The translations under genes were made by a program, and so were the position numbers. A DNA stretch of 64,000 nucleotides, from sequence record OZ196593.1, one strand, 5' to 3'. Numbering within the stretch: position 1 is the stretch's first letter; the number at the start of each line of letters is the position of its first letter. This document shows positions 46,299 to 54,282 of the stretch, in pieces. Below the pieces are notes generated by a model that ran no database searches, was not told the DNA's origin, and saw nothing but the letters and a program-made list of their open reading frames with translations.

Positions 46299-46856
46299 AT
46301 GGCATTTTTGAATAGAAAAGAATTGGATACAAGTGAGATAACCGAAGCTGATATGCAATATGCGATTGCTGTGCAGAGTGTATGGATCAACAAGCGATAC
46401 ACAGCAATGATACCGAACTGCTTCACCACAGTGACACACGACAACGAAGCTGACTTGTATGGCATTCGACCAAGTGGTCTATGTGATGAGATTGAAATCA
46501 AGGTATCGAAAGCTGATTTCCGTGTCGATGAGAAGAAAACAGTCAAAGTATTAGACGAAGCCGCATCAACACGTTGGAATCGATACACAGACGTTCTCAA
46601 ACGCACAGCATTGACCGATGGCAACATGAGCAACTACTTCTGGTATGCTTTCCCTAAAGGGCTTGTAGACCACGCTGACGTTCCAGATTGGGCAGGCATC
46701 ATTGAAGTAGATGGCTTACTGAATGCTCATGAAGTAAGAATGCCAAAGCGACTGCATGGTAGAAAGCTGTCAATCGAAGAACAACTCAAGCAAATCAAGA
46801 AGCTTGGTTACCGATTCTGGAATCTAGTCAAGAAGAACAAATCAAAAGCCCCTTAA
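46299..46856 (+). CDS. MmcB-like PD-(D/E)xK nuclease
   Basis: EADLYGI...DEIEIKVSKADFRVDEKK...NYFWYAFP. Confidence 0.75.
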   Translation: MAFLNRKELDTSEITEADMQYAIAVQSVWINKRYTAMIPNCFTTVTHDNEADLYGIRPSGLCDEIEIKVSKADFRVDEKKTVKVLDEAASTRWNRYTDVLKRTALTDGNMSNYFWYAFPKGLVDHADVPDWAGIIEVDGLLNAHEVRMPKRLHGRKLSIEEQLKQIKKLGYRFWNLVKKNKSKAP

Positions 46857-46874
46857 TGGGGTTTTTTTAGGTCT
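46844..46874 (+). terminator. Intrinsic terminator with TAGGTCT flank
   Basis: AAAAGCCCC-TTAAT-GGGGTTTTTTTAGGTCT. Confidence 0.85.
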
Positions 46875-46909
46875 GAGCGTTAGCGAAAGGAAATGGTGAG
46901 CCGGAAAAA

Positions 46910-46954
46910 TTCCGTCTCATCTTAGTAGTATTAGTGATCTTCGAGATATTCGAG
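46910..46954. repeat. 45-bp intergenic repeat, copy 2
   Basis: Identical to 2526-2570. Confidence 0.95.
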
Positions 46955-46973
46955 ATATTAGAGAAATTATTTG

Positions 46974-47003
46974 TTGACAACTCTGAATACTTGATGCTAA
47001 TAT
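46974..47003 (+). promoter_or_regulatory. Early promoter
   Basis: TTGACA-18-TAATAT with TGn extension. Confidence 0.7.
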
Positions 47004-47042
47004 ACAGACTCTTGAAACGAAGAAGTATTTTTGTGAGGTTCT

Positions 47043-47576
47043 ATGAACATTAAAGAAGCTGAATCTGCACTGCAAGACATTGCACTGCTTTCTGCAAGCG
47101 AAGATGACGGTGATATTGCAGTTGTTGTATCTTGTGCGGGTATGAACAACTACTACACTGTGTGTCCGAGTGAGTTCAAGGACTTTTTGGACAACTATGA
47201 GGGCTTGAGTTATGTAGCTTTTGATTGGGTAGGCATCCCTGATGATCTGCAAGATGAAGAAATCGACTTTGACGGTCTACTAGCATGGTTCAATCTAGAT
47301 GAAGCGCAGCGTGAAATCTGCGAATGTCTCTACGATAACAACGTATGCATGTCTTATGAAGACGCAGCCGAGAAAGTTGATGAATGTAACATCTTCAACG
47401 GCTCTGAAGAAGAGTACGCACAAGAAGTTGTGACTGAATTGATGGGTATCAATCTTGATGATATGCCAACAATAGTCAGCTCGAACATCAATTGGGGTGA
47501 TGTGTTCATCGACTTAGACGCCGATGGTAATATTTACAAACTTGAACACGACAAGTTCTTAACGACGCAGTTCTAA
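47043..47576 (+). CDS. ardA: ArdA-like acidic anti-restriction protein
   Basis: Very acidic; EEEYAQEVV.E..G...DDMP..VSSNINWGDVFIDL..DG resembles the ArdA C-terminal signature. Confidence 0.65.
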   Translation: MNIKEAESALQDIALLSASEDDGDIAVVVSCAGMNNYYTVCPSEFKDFLDNYEGLSYVAFDWVGIPDDLQDEEIDFDGLLAWFNLDEAQREICECLYDNNVCMSYEDAAEKVDECNIFNGSEEEYAQEVVTELMGINLDDMPTIVSSNINWGDVFIDLDADGNIYKLEHDKFLTTQF

Positions 47577-47893
47577 TGTCTTTATTCGATGCAAATATGC
47601 GTGCTTTACCACAAGGCTATGAGTTCGTAGCGAACGTGCGCGGAACAGTTAAAGAGCTGTTGCCGCACGTTGAATCTGGTGATTACGTGCGCTGTAGAAT
47701 GCTTGATGAGTGCGATAAAACGCCACGCGTTGAAATCATACTCAAATCAGGCAACGTTATTCTGCAAGAGACGCTTGGGCGCTTCGATGGTTGGTTGACG
47801 TACGAGGGTCATATTGACCTAGTGACTGACTATCCGTACGAGCGTATTCGTGCAGAAGCTGTTGAGTTTTTTAAAAGGTACGACAATGAGTAG
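47576..47893 (+). CDS. Hypothetical protein
   Basis: TAATG-coupled ORF. Confidence 0.7.
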   Translation: MSLFDANMRALPQGYEFVANVRGTVKELLPHVESGDYVRCRMLDECDKTPRVEIILKSGNVILQETLGRFDGWLTYEGHIDLVTDYPYERIRAEAVEFFKRYDNE

Positions 47894-48461
47894 TACAAGC
47901 GGTAACGTCAACAAAGACGATTACTACGCTACGCCTGACTGGTTAGTTACTGAGTTCTTATTAGAATTCGAGACCAGAATACAACACGAACATGAGAAGA
48001 GCATGGCAGGAATGTATGTGCTTGACCCATCGTGTGGTGGCTGTAGCGAACATGACGCTGCTTACCCTGTTGCATACAAAGACTTGTATCATGTTGACAT
48101 CGACACGATGGACATTCGTGAAGACTCGCACGCTCAACGCGTGTGTAACTATCTCGAAACGCCAGTCGATATGAAGTATGATATGATCATGACTAATCCT
48201 CCATTTAGCTTATCAGTAGATTTTGCTGAAAAAGCGTTATCCGAAGTCGATGATGGTGGATATGTCGTGATGTTGCAACGATTAAACTGGTTAGGTAGCA
48301 TTAAGCGCAAGCCGTTCTGGGACGAAGCTCCGTTAAGAGCAGTGCTTGTGCATCACAGACGCCCGAGCTTTCACGGTACGAAAGGCACAGACTCGATTGA
48401 GTACGCGCACTTTGTATTCCAGAAAGGTTACACGGGTATAGCAGAGTTGATGGTTATATAG
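47886..48461 (+). CDS. Orphan DNA N6-adenine methyltransferase
   Basis: DDYYATP, VLDPSCG, MTNPPF, TDSIEYAHFV. Confidence 0.9.
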   Translation: MSSTSGNVNKDDYYATPDWLVTEFLLEFETRIQHEHEKSMAGMYVLDPSCGGCSEHDAAYPVAYKDLYHVDIDTMDIREDSHAQRVCNYLETPVDMKYDMIMTNPPFSLSVDFAEKALSEVDDGGYVVMLQRLNWLGSIKRKPFWDEAPLRAVLVHHRRPSFHGTKGTDSIEYAHFVFQKGYTGIAELMVI

Positions 48462-48496
48462 CTATTACTCACATTGAAACGAACACGGACTAAACA

Positions 48497-48853
48497 ATGA
48501 ACCAAGTGAATATTTCATCATGCAACGGCTCAGTAACAGTAAACGGGGTCAGTTACAAAGGTAACAACGTATCAGTCAGCAACGGCAAAGTCGTTATTGA
48601 TGGCGTTACTCAAGGCGACGTAGCCGAATCAAAGAACATCGTGATTACTGTACAAGGTAACGTGGGTTCAGTTCAATCACCAGATGGTACTATCATCGTA
48701 CACGGTGACGTATCTGGTGATGTTCAGTCAACTAATGGCGACATTGAAGCTGAGGGTGTAGGCGGCAACGTAACTACGACTAATGGCGATGTTGACTGTT
48801 GGGAAGTCGCAGGTGCTGTGACTACAACTAACGGTGATATCAATCACAAATAA
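48497..48853 (+). CDS. Beta-helix repeat protein (DUF4097-like)
   Basis: Repeats GDVQSTNGDI / GNVTTTNGDV / GAVTTTNGDI. Confidence 0.7.
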   Translation: MNQVNISSCNGSVTVNGVSYKGNNVSVSNGKVVIDGVTQGDVAESKNIVITVQGNVGSVQSPDGTIIVHGDVSGDVQSTNGDIEAEGVGGNVTTTNGDVDCWEVAGAVTTTNGDINHK

Positions 48854-48861
48854 GGGATACT

Positions 48862-49146
48862 ATGTCTGATAAAGACTTCTTTGGTCGCGTCATTAAAGAC
48901 GGCGACTTTCTATACCGAGCGAAGAACGCAGGTCGTAGCTACACGACTGAGATCATTCTAGTTGTTGATTGCCCCGACGGTAAGCGTCGCTACGTAGCAG
49001 TGACTGGTTACGGCAGCAATGCCAAGCTACCAACGCCGAGTCGTGCAATGATCGTCGATCCTAAACTAGTCGAGGTCAATTACAATCCAAATTACCTCAA
49101 TGCGATTGAAAAAGCAATCACGATGAAAATTCAAAAAATCTCTTGA
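48862..49146 (+). CDS. Hypothetical protein
   Basis: KDFFGRVIKDGD KOW-like start. Confidence 0.7.
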   Translation: MSDKDFFGRVIKDGDFLYRAKNAGRSYTTEIILVVDCPDGKRRYVAVTGYGSNAKLPTPSRAMIVDPKLVEVNYNPNYLNAIEKAITMKIQKIS

Positions 49147-49193
49147 TCAACTGACTTGAATAGTGTACACTGCTCGAAAAGAGGAGTGACACT

Positions 49194-49331
49194 ATGATAG
49201 AGAACATGATTCGAGATATGCTAGAGTCTGAAATTGATGTTGAAGACATTCTAGAAACCTTGACTGAAGAGTATGGCATGGACACTGCTGATGCAGTCGC
49301 AGCCATATGTGAAATAGATAATGAAACTTAG
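49194..49331 (+). CDS. Small acidic protein (45 aa) upstream of rIIA
   Basis: Manual ORF with strong GAGGAG SD. Confidence 0.65.
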   Translation: MIENMIRDMLESEIDVEDILETLTEEYGMDTADAVAAICEIDNET

Positions 49332-49339
49332 AGACAAAT

Positions 49340-51451
49340 ATGATTATTCACACTCCTGATTCAACCGTACAAACGTCTGGTAAGATGCGTACGGCTGGTT
49401 TTAATATGAAAGCAAGTGCCAAAGGCTTTCGCATCATTTCAACAACGCTTTACAAAGATCCAATTCTAGCTATTGTGCGTGAGCTAACGTGTAATGGTTG
49501 GGATGCTCATCAAATGAATGGCAACAAAGACACTGCAATCGAAGTACACTTACCGAACCAGTTTGAACCTTGGTTCAGTGTAAAAGATTTCGGCTGTGGT
49601 ATGTCCGATGATGATATCTTTGGCGTTTACACAACTGTTTTCGACTCAACGAAAGACGACTCGAACGACGTTATTGGCGCAATGGGTCTTGGTTCAAAGA
49701 CACCGTTCAGCTACAACAACGGTCAATCGTTTACTGTTAAGTCAGTCAAAGACGGTCTGAAAGCTGTGTACTCTGCATATCTTGATCGCGGTGAGCCTGC
49801 TATCACGTGTATGAACGAGCCTGCACCAACTGATGAACCAGATGGCGTAGAAGTTATCGTTCCTGTGCGTAAAGAAGACTTCAGTCGCTTCAAAGAATCT
49901 GCAAACAGTGTAATGCCGTACTTCAAGTCGCCTGTTGTTAACACCAATATCTCGCTAGATAAACGCGAGTTCGTACACATGGATGGCTACTACACTGAGA
50001 CGAAGACTTACCACTATCGTTCAACTAACGTGTACGCAGTGATGGGCAACGTTTGCTATCCACTGAACTCTGGTTACATTGAAGGCATCAATGATGTGCG
50101 TAGCTACTTCAAGTCAAGTGATCTATACATTGAATTCGCTATCGGTGAGCTAGATGTAAGTGCGTCACGTGAAGAGCTGCACTATGATGACCGTACAATC
50201 GAGAACATCAATACACGTGTCAATGAAATCAACGAAGGTTTCTTGAAACAGTCGCAAGATTGGGTCGATGAACAGAACTTTAAGCATATCAGTGAAGCAT
50301 GGCGCGCTTGTGATAATCGCTTCAGTGACGTGATCATGGGTAAGATGATGTTTGGTGATGTTAGAGTCAACACATATCGCGACCAAATTCAGCGTGAGTT
50401 CTTGATCGATGACAAGCGTGGTCTTGGTGGTAAGACAGTGATGTTCCGTCCAGAGTCAATGAACAAAGAGGGTGTTGCACGTCGTACTGATTACAATCGT
50501 GCGTCTGACATTCTTGATGTGCGTCGCGACTTCGAAGCTAAACCAATCATGGTCGTTCACGATGACTTGAAGACGGGTGGTGTTAGCATTGTTAAAGAGT
50601 ATGTTCGTCAAACTCGCAATGCAGTGTTTTATCATCACGACGAAAAATACTCAACGACTGGTACGATTCTGCTGTTGAAAGCGCGTCTACGTGACAGTGA
50701 ATACGTTGTGCTTAAAACGTCTGACTTGAAAGCTGACTACACGCCAGAGAAGAAGCCGAAGAGCAAGAACGCCAAACCAGTAGCGCGTACTGTTCAACTG
50801 TATCGCGTGACGATTGATGAAGACGACGTGCGCTCGATTGATGTTCATGAGCTTGATAAGAAAGTTCTACGTGAAGATGGTGTTCACTTCGTGAGCTTGT
50901 ATCGTGACTACATCGAACGCAACATCGGTGATGAACATGGCATGGAATACAATCGCGGTGTTGGTCTGGTCGAAACGATCATGCGTCTGAAAGGTCTTAA
51001 AGAAGTGTATATCGTGCGTCGCGGTGAGATTGAACACATCAAATCAAACAAGAACGCGATTAATCTGTTCGATTTGAAGTTTAACAAGCGTGAAGTTCGT
51101 AGTAAAATCGACTGGAAGACGTACACAATCACTGACAATCTACATGGATGGCGTTGTGCGCTTAAATCTGCGTGGTACAATGATGCAGTGCGCGAGTGCT
51201 TCGGCTATGAACGCACTGAACACACATGCAACACAACTATCGACCGTTTGTGTTCTGAATTCCCAGTTATCAAGCAAGTGCGCGAAGCTGAGAAAGAAAA
51301 GCATTTAGCGAAACTGATGAAGATTCAAGAGAATCCGCGCTATCAGTTAGCATGGAACTTGATTGACAACTGCACGTCTAATTCAGATGCGCAACAACTA
51401 ATGACCCTATTGAGAGGAAAACGTAATGGTAAACTTACCAATCGAAACTAA
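49340..51451 (+). CDS. rIIA: rIIA protein
   Basis: GHKL-like IVRELTCNGWDAH, DFGCGMS, IGAMGLGSKTPFSY; adjacent rIIB. Confidence 0.95.
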   Translation: MIIHTPDSTVQTSGKMRTAGFNMKASAKGFRIISTTLYKDPILAIVRELTCNGWDAHQMNGNKDTAIEVHLPNQFEPWFSVKDFGCGMSDDDIFGVYTTVFDSTKDDSNDVIGAMGLGSKTPFSYNNGQSFTVKSVKDGLKAVYSAYLDRGEPAITCMNEPAPTDEPDGVEVIVPVRKEDFSRFKESANSVMPYFKSPVVNTNISLDKREFVHMDGYYTETKTYHYRSTNVYAVMGNVCYPLNSGYIEGINDVRSYFKSSDLYIEFAIGELDVSASREELHYDDRTIENINTRVNEINEGFLKQSQDWVDEQNFKHISEAWRACDNRFSDVIMGKMMFGDVRVNTYRDQIQREFLIDDKRGLGGKTVMFRPESMNKEGVARRTDYNRASDILDVRRDFEAKPIMVVHDDLKTGGVSIVKEYVRQTRNAVFYHHDEKYSTTGTILLLKARLRDSEYVVLKTSDLKADYTPEKKPKSKNAKPVARTVQLYRVTIDEDDVRSIDVHELDKKVLREDGVHFVSLYRDYIERNIGDEHGMEYNRGVGLVETIMRLKGLKEVYIVRRGEIEHIKSNKNAINLFDLKFNKREVRSKIDWKTYTITDNLHGWRCALKSAWYNDAVRECFGYERTEHTCNTTIDRLCSEFPVIKQVREAEKEKHLAKLMKIQENPRYQLAWNLIDNCTSNSDAQQLMTLLRGKRNGKLTNRN

Positions 51452-52511
51452 GCAGTCTATTGTAAAAGCGTCAGCTAATGGCGTTACGCAGAAAGACAAT
51501 GCGGCACAACACAGCACTTCGCCAACTACTGTTCGCCGTGTTCTCGCTGAACACCGCGAGGGTAAGTTTAGTATGAAGACTGCGAAGAAAGTCGTTAAGC
51601 AACGCAAGCCGCGTAAAGAACAAACGCCAGACGAAGCAGCGGCATTCGCGAAGAATCTAAGCAAATTGCTTGGTGCTTCAGTAGAACCTACTGAGAAACC
51701 AAAGAAAACACCTGCGCAGCAAGTGAAAGCTGCTAAAGCACGCAAGCCGTTAGCTGAAGCACAGATGAACAACGTTGCTGAAGCTGAGTTCGCATACGTT
51801 ATCACACCAGTGAACGTGTCATTCAGTTTTGAAGGCGAAGCATACTCTGCTGACTTCACCGCGACGAACTACTCTAAGATTGTTGCAGCACTGATTGATA
51901 ACGATGGTGCGAAAGCTGTATCGTTGCTTGATGTAGCGAAAGGCATCGAAGAGTTCATGCTTGGCAACGTAGTTGTTAAGGGTGGCGTTGTTAAGTATCG
52001 TGATCTAGACATCGACGGTGGCATGACTACTCGCATTCTAGAAGCGATGGAGCAAGGCGACCCGAAGCAAGTAACTAAGCTTGTGAAGTTCTTCGAGAAT
52101 CTAATCAACAACCCGTCTCGTCGTGCTGTTGAAGAGCTGTATGGCTTCCTAGAAGCTGCTGACATCGAGCTTACCGACGATGGTCACTTCTTAGCATACA
52201 AGAAGATTCGCGATAACTGGAAAGATGTACACAGCAACACTATGTACAACAAGCCGGGCATGACTGTGTGGATGCAACGTCATGACGTGAACGACGACAA
52301 AGACCAAACATGTTCTGCCGGTCTGCACGTGTGTTCTAAAGGTTATCTGAGCAGCTTTGGTGGTGCACGCACTATCATGTGTAAAGTGAACCCGCGTGAT
52401 GTAGTGTCAGTACCGAGCGACTACAACAACACGAAACTTCGCTGTAATGAGTATCTGGTTCTGCATGAATTAGATCCAAATACACTGAAACCGCTCAAGG
52501 TTGAGAAGTAG
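51426..52511 (+). CDS. rIIB: rIIB protein
   Basis: FFENLINNPS...ELYGFL...LAYKKI...CSAGLHVCS...KLRCNEY. Confidence 0.95.
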   Translation: MVNLPIETKQSIVKASANGVTQKDNAAQHSTSPTTVRRVLAEHREGKFSMKTAKKVVKQRKPRKEQTPDEAAAFAKNLSKLLGASVEPTEKPKKTPAQQVKAAKARKPLAEAQMNNVAEAEFAYVITPVNVSFSFEGEAYSADFTATNYSKIVAALIDNDGAKAVSLLDVAKGIEEFMLGNVVVKGGVVKYRDLDIDGGMTTRILEAMEQGDPKQVTKLVKFFENLINNPSRRAVEELYGFLEAADIELTDDGHFLAYKKIRDNWKDVHSNTMYNKPGMTVWMQRHDVNDDKDQTCSAGLHVCSKGYLSSFGGARTIMCKVNPRDVVSVPSDYNNTKLRCNEYLVLHELDPNTLKPLKVEK

Positions 52512-52527
52512 ATCACAAAAACTATCA

Positions 52528-52582
52528 CAAAAGGGTTGCTTCGGCAACCCTTTTTGCGTTATATTAGCTCTATCGAAACGAA
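52528..52582 (+). promoter_or_regulatory. Terminator/early-promoter hybrid, copy 4
   Basis: AAAAGGGTTGC-TTCG-GCAACCCTTTTT, TATATT, ATCGAAACGAAC. Confidence 0.85.
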
Positions 52583-52596
52583 CAAGAGAGAACATT

Positions 52597-52920
52597 ATGA
52601 ACATCATGAATGCACAAGACCTGCGAATCGTTGAAGAACTTATCGAGCAGAAAGACGCGACTGTTGTCGAAAAGTCTGACTATCGCGCTGCGATGGCATT
52701 TGCTTATGGTAGTATGTCTGCACCGCAACGCGAGATCTTCAAGACTTATCATAGCCCTTACTTAGCTGAACGCTATGACATTGAATACTGCACTGATACG
52801 CAAGTAATCTTGCCGACTGGTCACTTGAAGACTGCAATCGCGTTCATCAAAGACGTTCTACCAACGCAAGAAATTGATATTTTGAAGCGTGACTTTCAAT
52901 TTGACTTGGGGATATTGTAA
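52597..52920 (+). CDS. Hypothetical early protein
   Basis: Start ATG 52597 after GAGAGAACATT. Confidence 0.75.
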   Translation: MNIMNAQDLRIVEELIEQKDATVVEKSDYRAAMAFAYGSMSAPQREIFKTYHSPYLAERYDIEYCTDTQVILPTGHLKTAIAFIKDVLPTQEIDILKRDFQFDLGIL

Positions 52921-53456
52921 TGAAACTGAGTAACATATTATTATCAATGCTCGTCATTGCACTCATAGTCTCGATGGCTGGGTGCTCAGAGCCTGCAACG
53001 ATACCGACTGCGTATCAAGAAGGCGTGCAGTCTATTGATAGTGAGTTTCCCGATAACTCTCTCGATGCTGGTGGTCTTGATTGGGCGCATGAAGCTGTAG
53101 AAGAGACTGATCATTCGTTTGATGAGTATGATGACAGTGATAGCGGATTTGATTGGGGCGACGCTGCGATTGGTTTTGTAGCTGCTGAAGTGATTGACGA
53201 TGTGTTTGATTCGAGTAGCAGCAAGACAACGACTAAAACAGTCTACGTGCCAGTGTCTGATACTAAGAGTACACAGCCAAAAGCAGTAACGACTAGCACG
53301 AAGTCTGTTGCACCGACGACTAAGAAAGTAGTTAAGCCAAAGGCGAAGACTAAACAATCTAAACCAAAAGCGAAGAAAAAGAAGAAGAAATCTAAGTCTA
53401 AGAGCAAGCCACCTAAGAAGAAAAAGAAGAAGAAAAAGAAGAAAAAGAAACGTTAA
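52920..53456 (+). CDS. Lipoprotein with acidic core and poly-Lys tail
   Basis: Lipobox SMAGC; ends PPKKKKKKKKKKKR. Confidence 0.8.
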   Translation: MKLSNILLSMLVIALIVSMAGCSEPATIPTAYQEGVQSIDSEFPDNSLDAGGLDWAHEAVEETDHSFDEYDDSDSGFDWGDAAIGFVAAEVIDDVFDSSSSKTTTKTVYVPVSDTKSTQPKAVTTSTKSVAPTTKKVVKPKAKTKQSKPKAKKKKKKSKSKSKPPKKKKKKKKKKKKR

Positions 53457-53490
53457 GACCTAAAAAAGGGAGCTATATGCTCCCTTTTTG
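53456..53490. terminator. Bidirectional terminator with TAGGTCT flank (minus)
   Basis: AGACCTAAAAAAGGGAGC-TATAT-GCTCCCTTTTTG. Confidence 0.9.
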
Positions 53491-54051
53491 CTATTTCTTT
53501 TTAGCTGCAAGCGTTTTAGCACGCTTAGTTGCTGTTGATATAGCTTTTAGTTCTTTTTCCATCTTGGCTAAGTCGCTGACAAACTTCTCTGAGTTCTTGA
53601 TGTCGCTACGCAGTGCGCCTTTCGATGTCGCGATGTCTAAATCGCTGTTCAAGCTCGTACGAAGCTTGTGAGTCAAGAATGTTGCACGCTCGATGTCTTG
53701 CTCGAACTTGGCTACTTTCTTCGGCGTCACTTCAGTGTCTTTGCTTACCGATTGGTACTTTTCAATGCGCTTCATTAGCTTTTTCAGCTCTTTGTAGTCT
53801 TTACGTGCTTGACCGCCTGCGAACAACGCGCCACCAATCAAACCATTGATGCCCATACTAATTGCGCCCCACGTTGCCAATGGAATTGCAAGAGCAAGAC
53901 CACCAGTAGCTGCACCTGCACCTGCTGCACCAAGAGCACCAATTGTTGCACCTGCAACTGCACCGGTAGCTGCTGCTCGTTTAGCCCATTGACTAATCGT
54001 TGCCTCGTCGAGTGGTTTTACTTCGAACTCGTCGAATGTTTTTAATTCCAT
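53491..54051 (-). CDS. Putative head-packaged glycine-zipper membrane protein
   Basis: N-terminus MELKTFDEFEVKPLDE|A; about 55-aa Gly/Ala hydrophobic hairpin; basic helical C-terminus. Confidence 0.7.
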   Translation of the reverse strand: MELKTFDEFEVKPLDEATISQWAKRAAATGAVAGATIGALGAAGAGAATGGLALAIPLATWGAISMGINGLIGGALFAGGQARKDYKELKKLMKRIEKYQSVSKDTEVTPKKVAKFEQDIERATFLTHKLRTSLNSDLDIATSKGALRSDIKNSEKFVSDLAKMEKELKAISTATKRAKTLAAKKK

Positions 54052-54070
54052 GTGAATCCCTTATTAAAAG

Positions 54071-54138
54071 TGAGAGAGCGCGACCATCGAACCAATACTC
54101 GCAGTGACCGTGCGAAGAAACTCGGTCACACTCCCTCA
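54071..54138 (-). ncRNA. Candidate structured 5' leader (three-way junction)
   Basis: P1 54130-54138/54071-54079, P2 54123-54129/54104-54110 (7 perfect bp), P3 54099-54102/54080-54083; lies between late box and SD. Confidence 0.5.
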
Positions 54139-54154
54139 AAACTGTGTTATATTA

Positions 54155-54161
54155 TATTTAG
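54155..54161 (-). promoter_or_regulatory. Late promoter variant (CTAAATA)
   Basis: About 105 nt upstream of ATG 54051. Confidence 0.6.
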
Positions 54162-54282
54162 TGACAACTATTAATAAGAATGTCGTTTATAGCTCATTTA
54201 ACTGAAAATAGTTGTTGATTAAAGTGTAAAAATGACGTACTATGACGTAAATCAATATGAACTGCTTAAAAAGGACACAATC

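Noticed and set aside
53380-53456. Poly-Lys tail as a homopolymer sequencing artefact
   Set aside because: Encoded by alternating AAG/AAA codons and ends in a proper stop next to a terminator.
54071-54138. tRNA gene (GGTTCGA T-loop-like word)
   Set aside because: No D-arm, no 5-bp T-stem closing a 7-nt loop, no canonical anticodon arm and no CCA; kept only as a structured leader.
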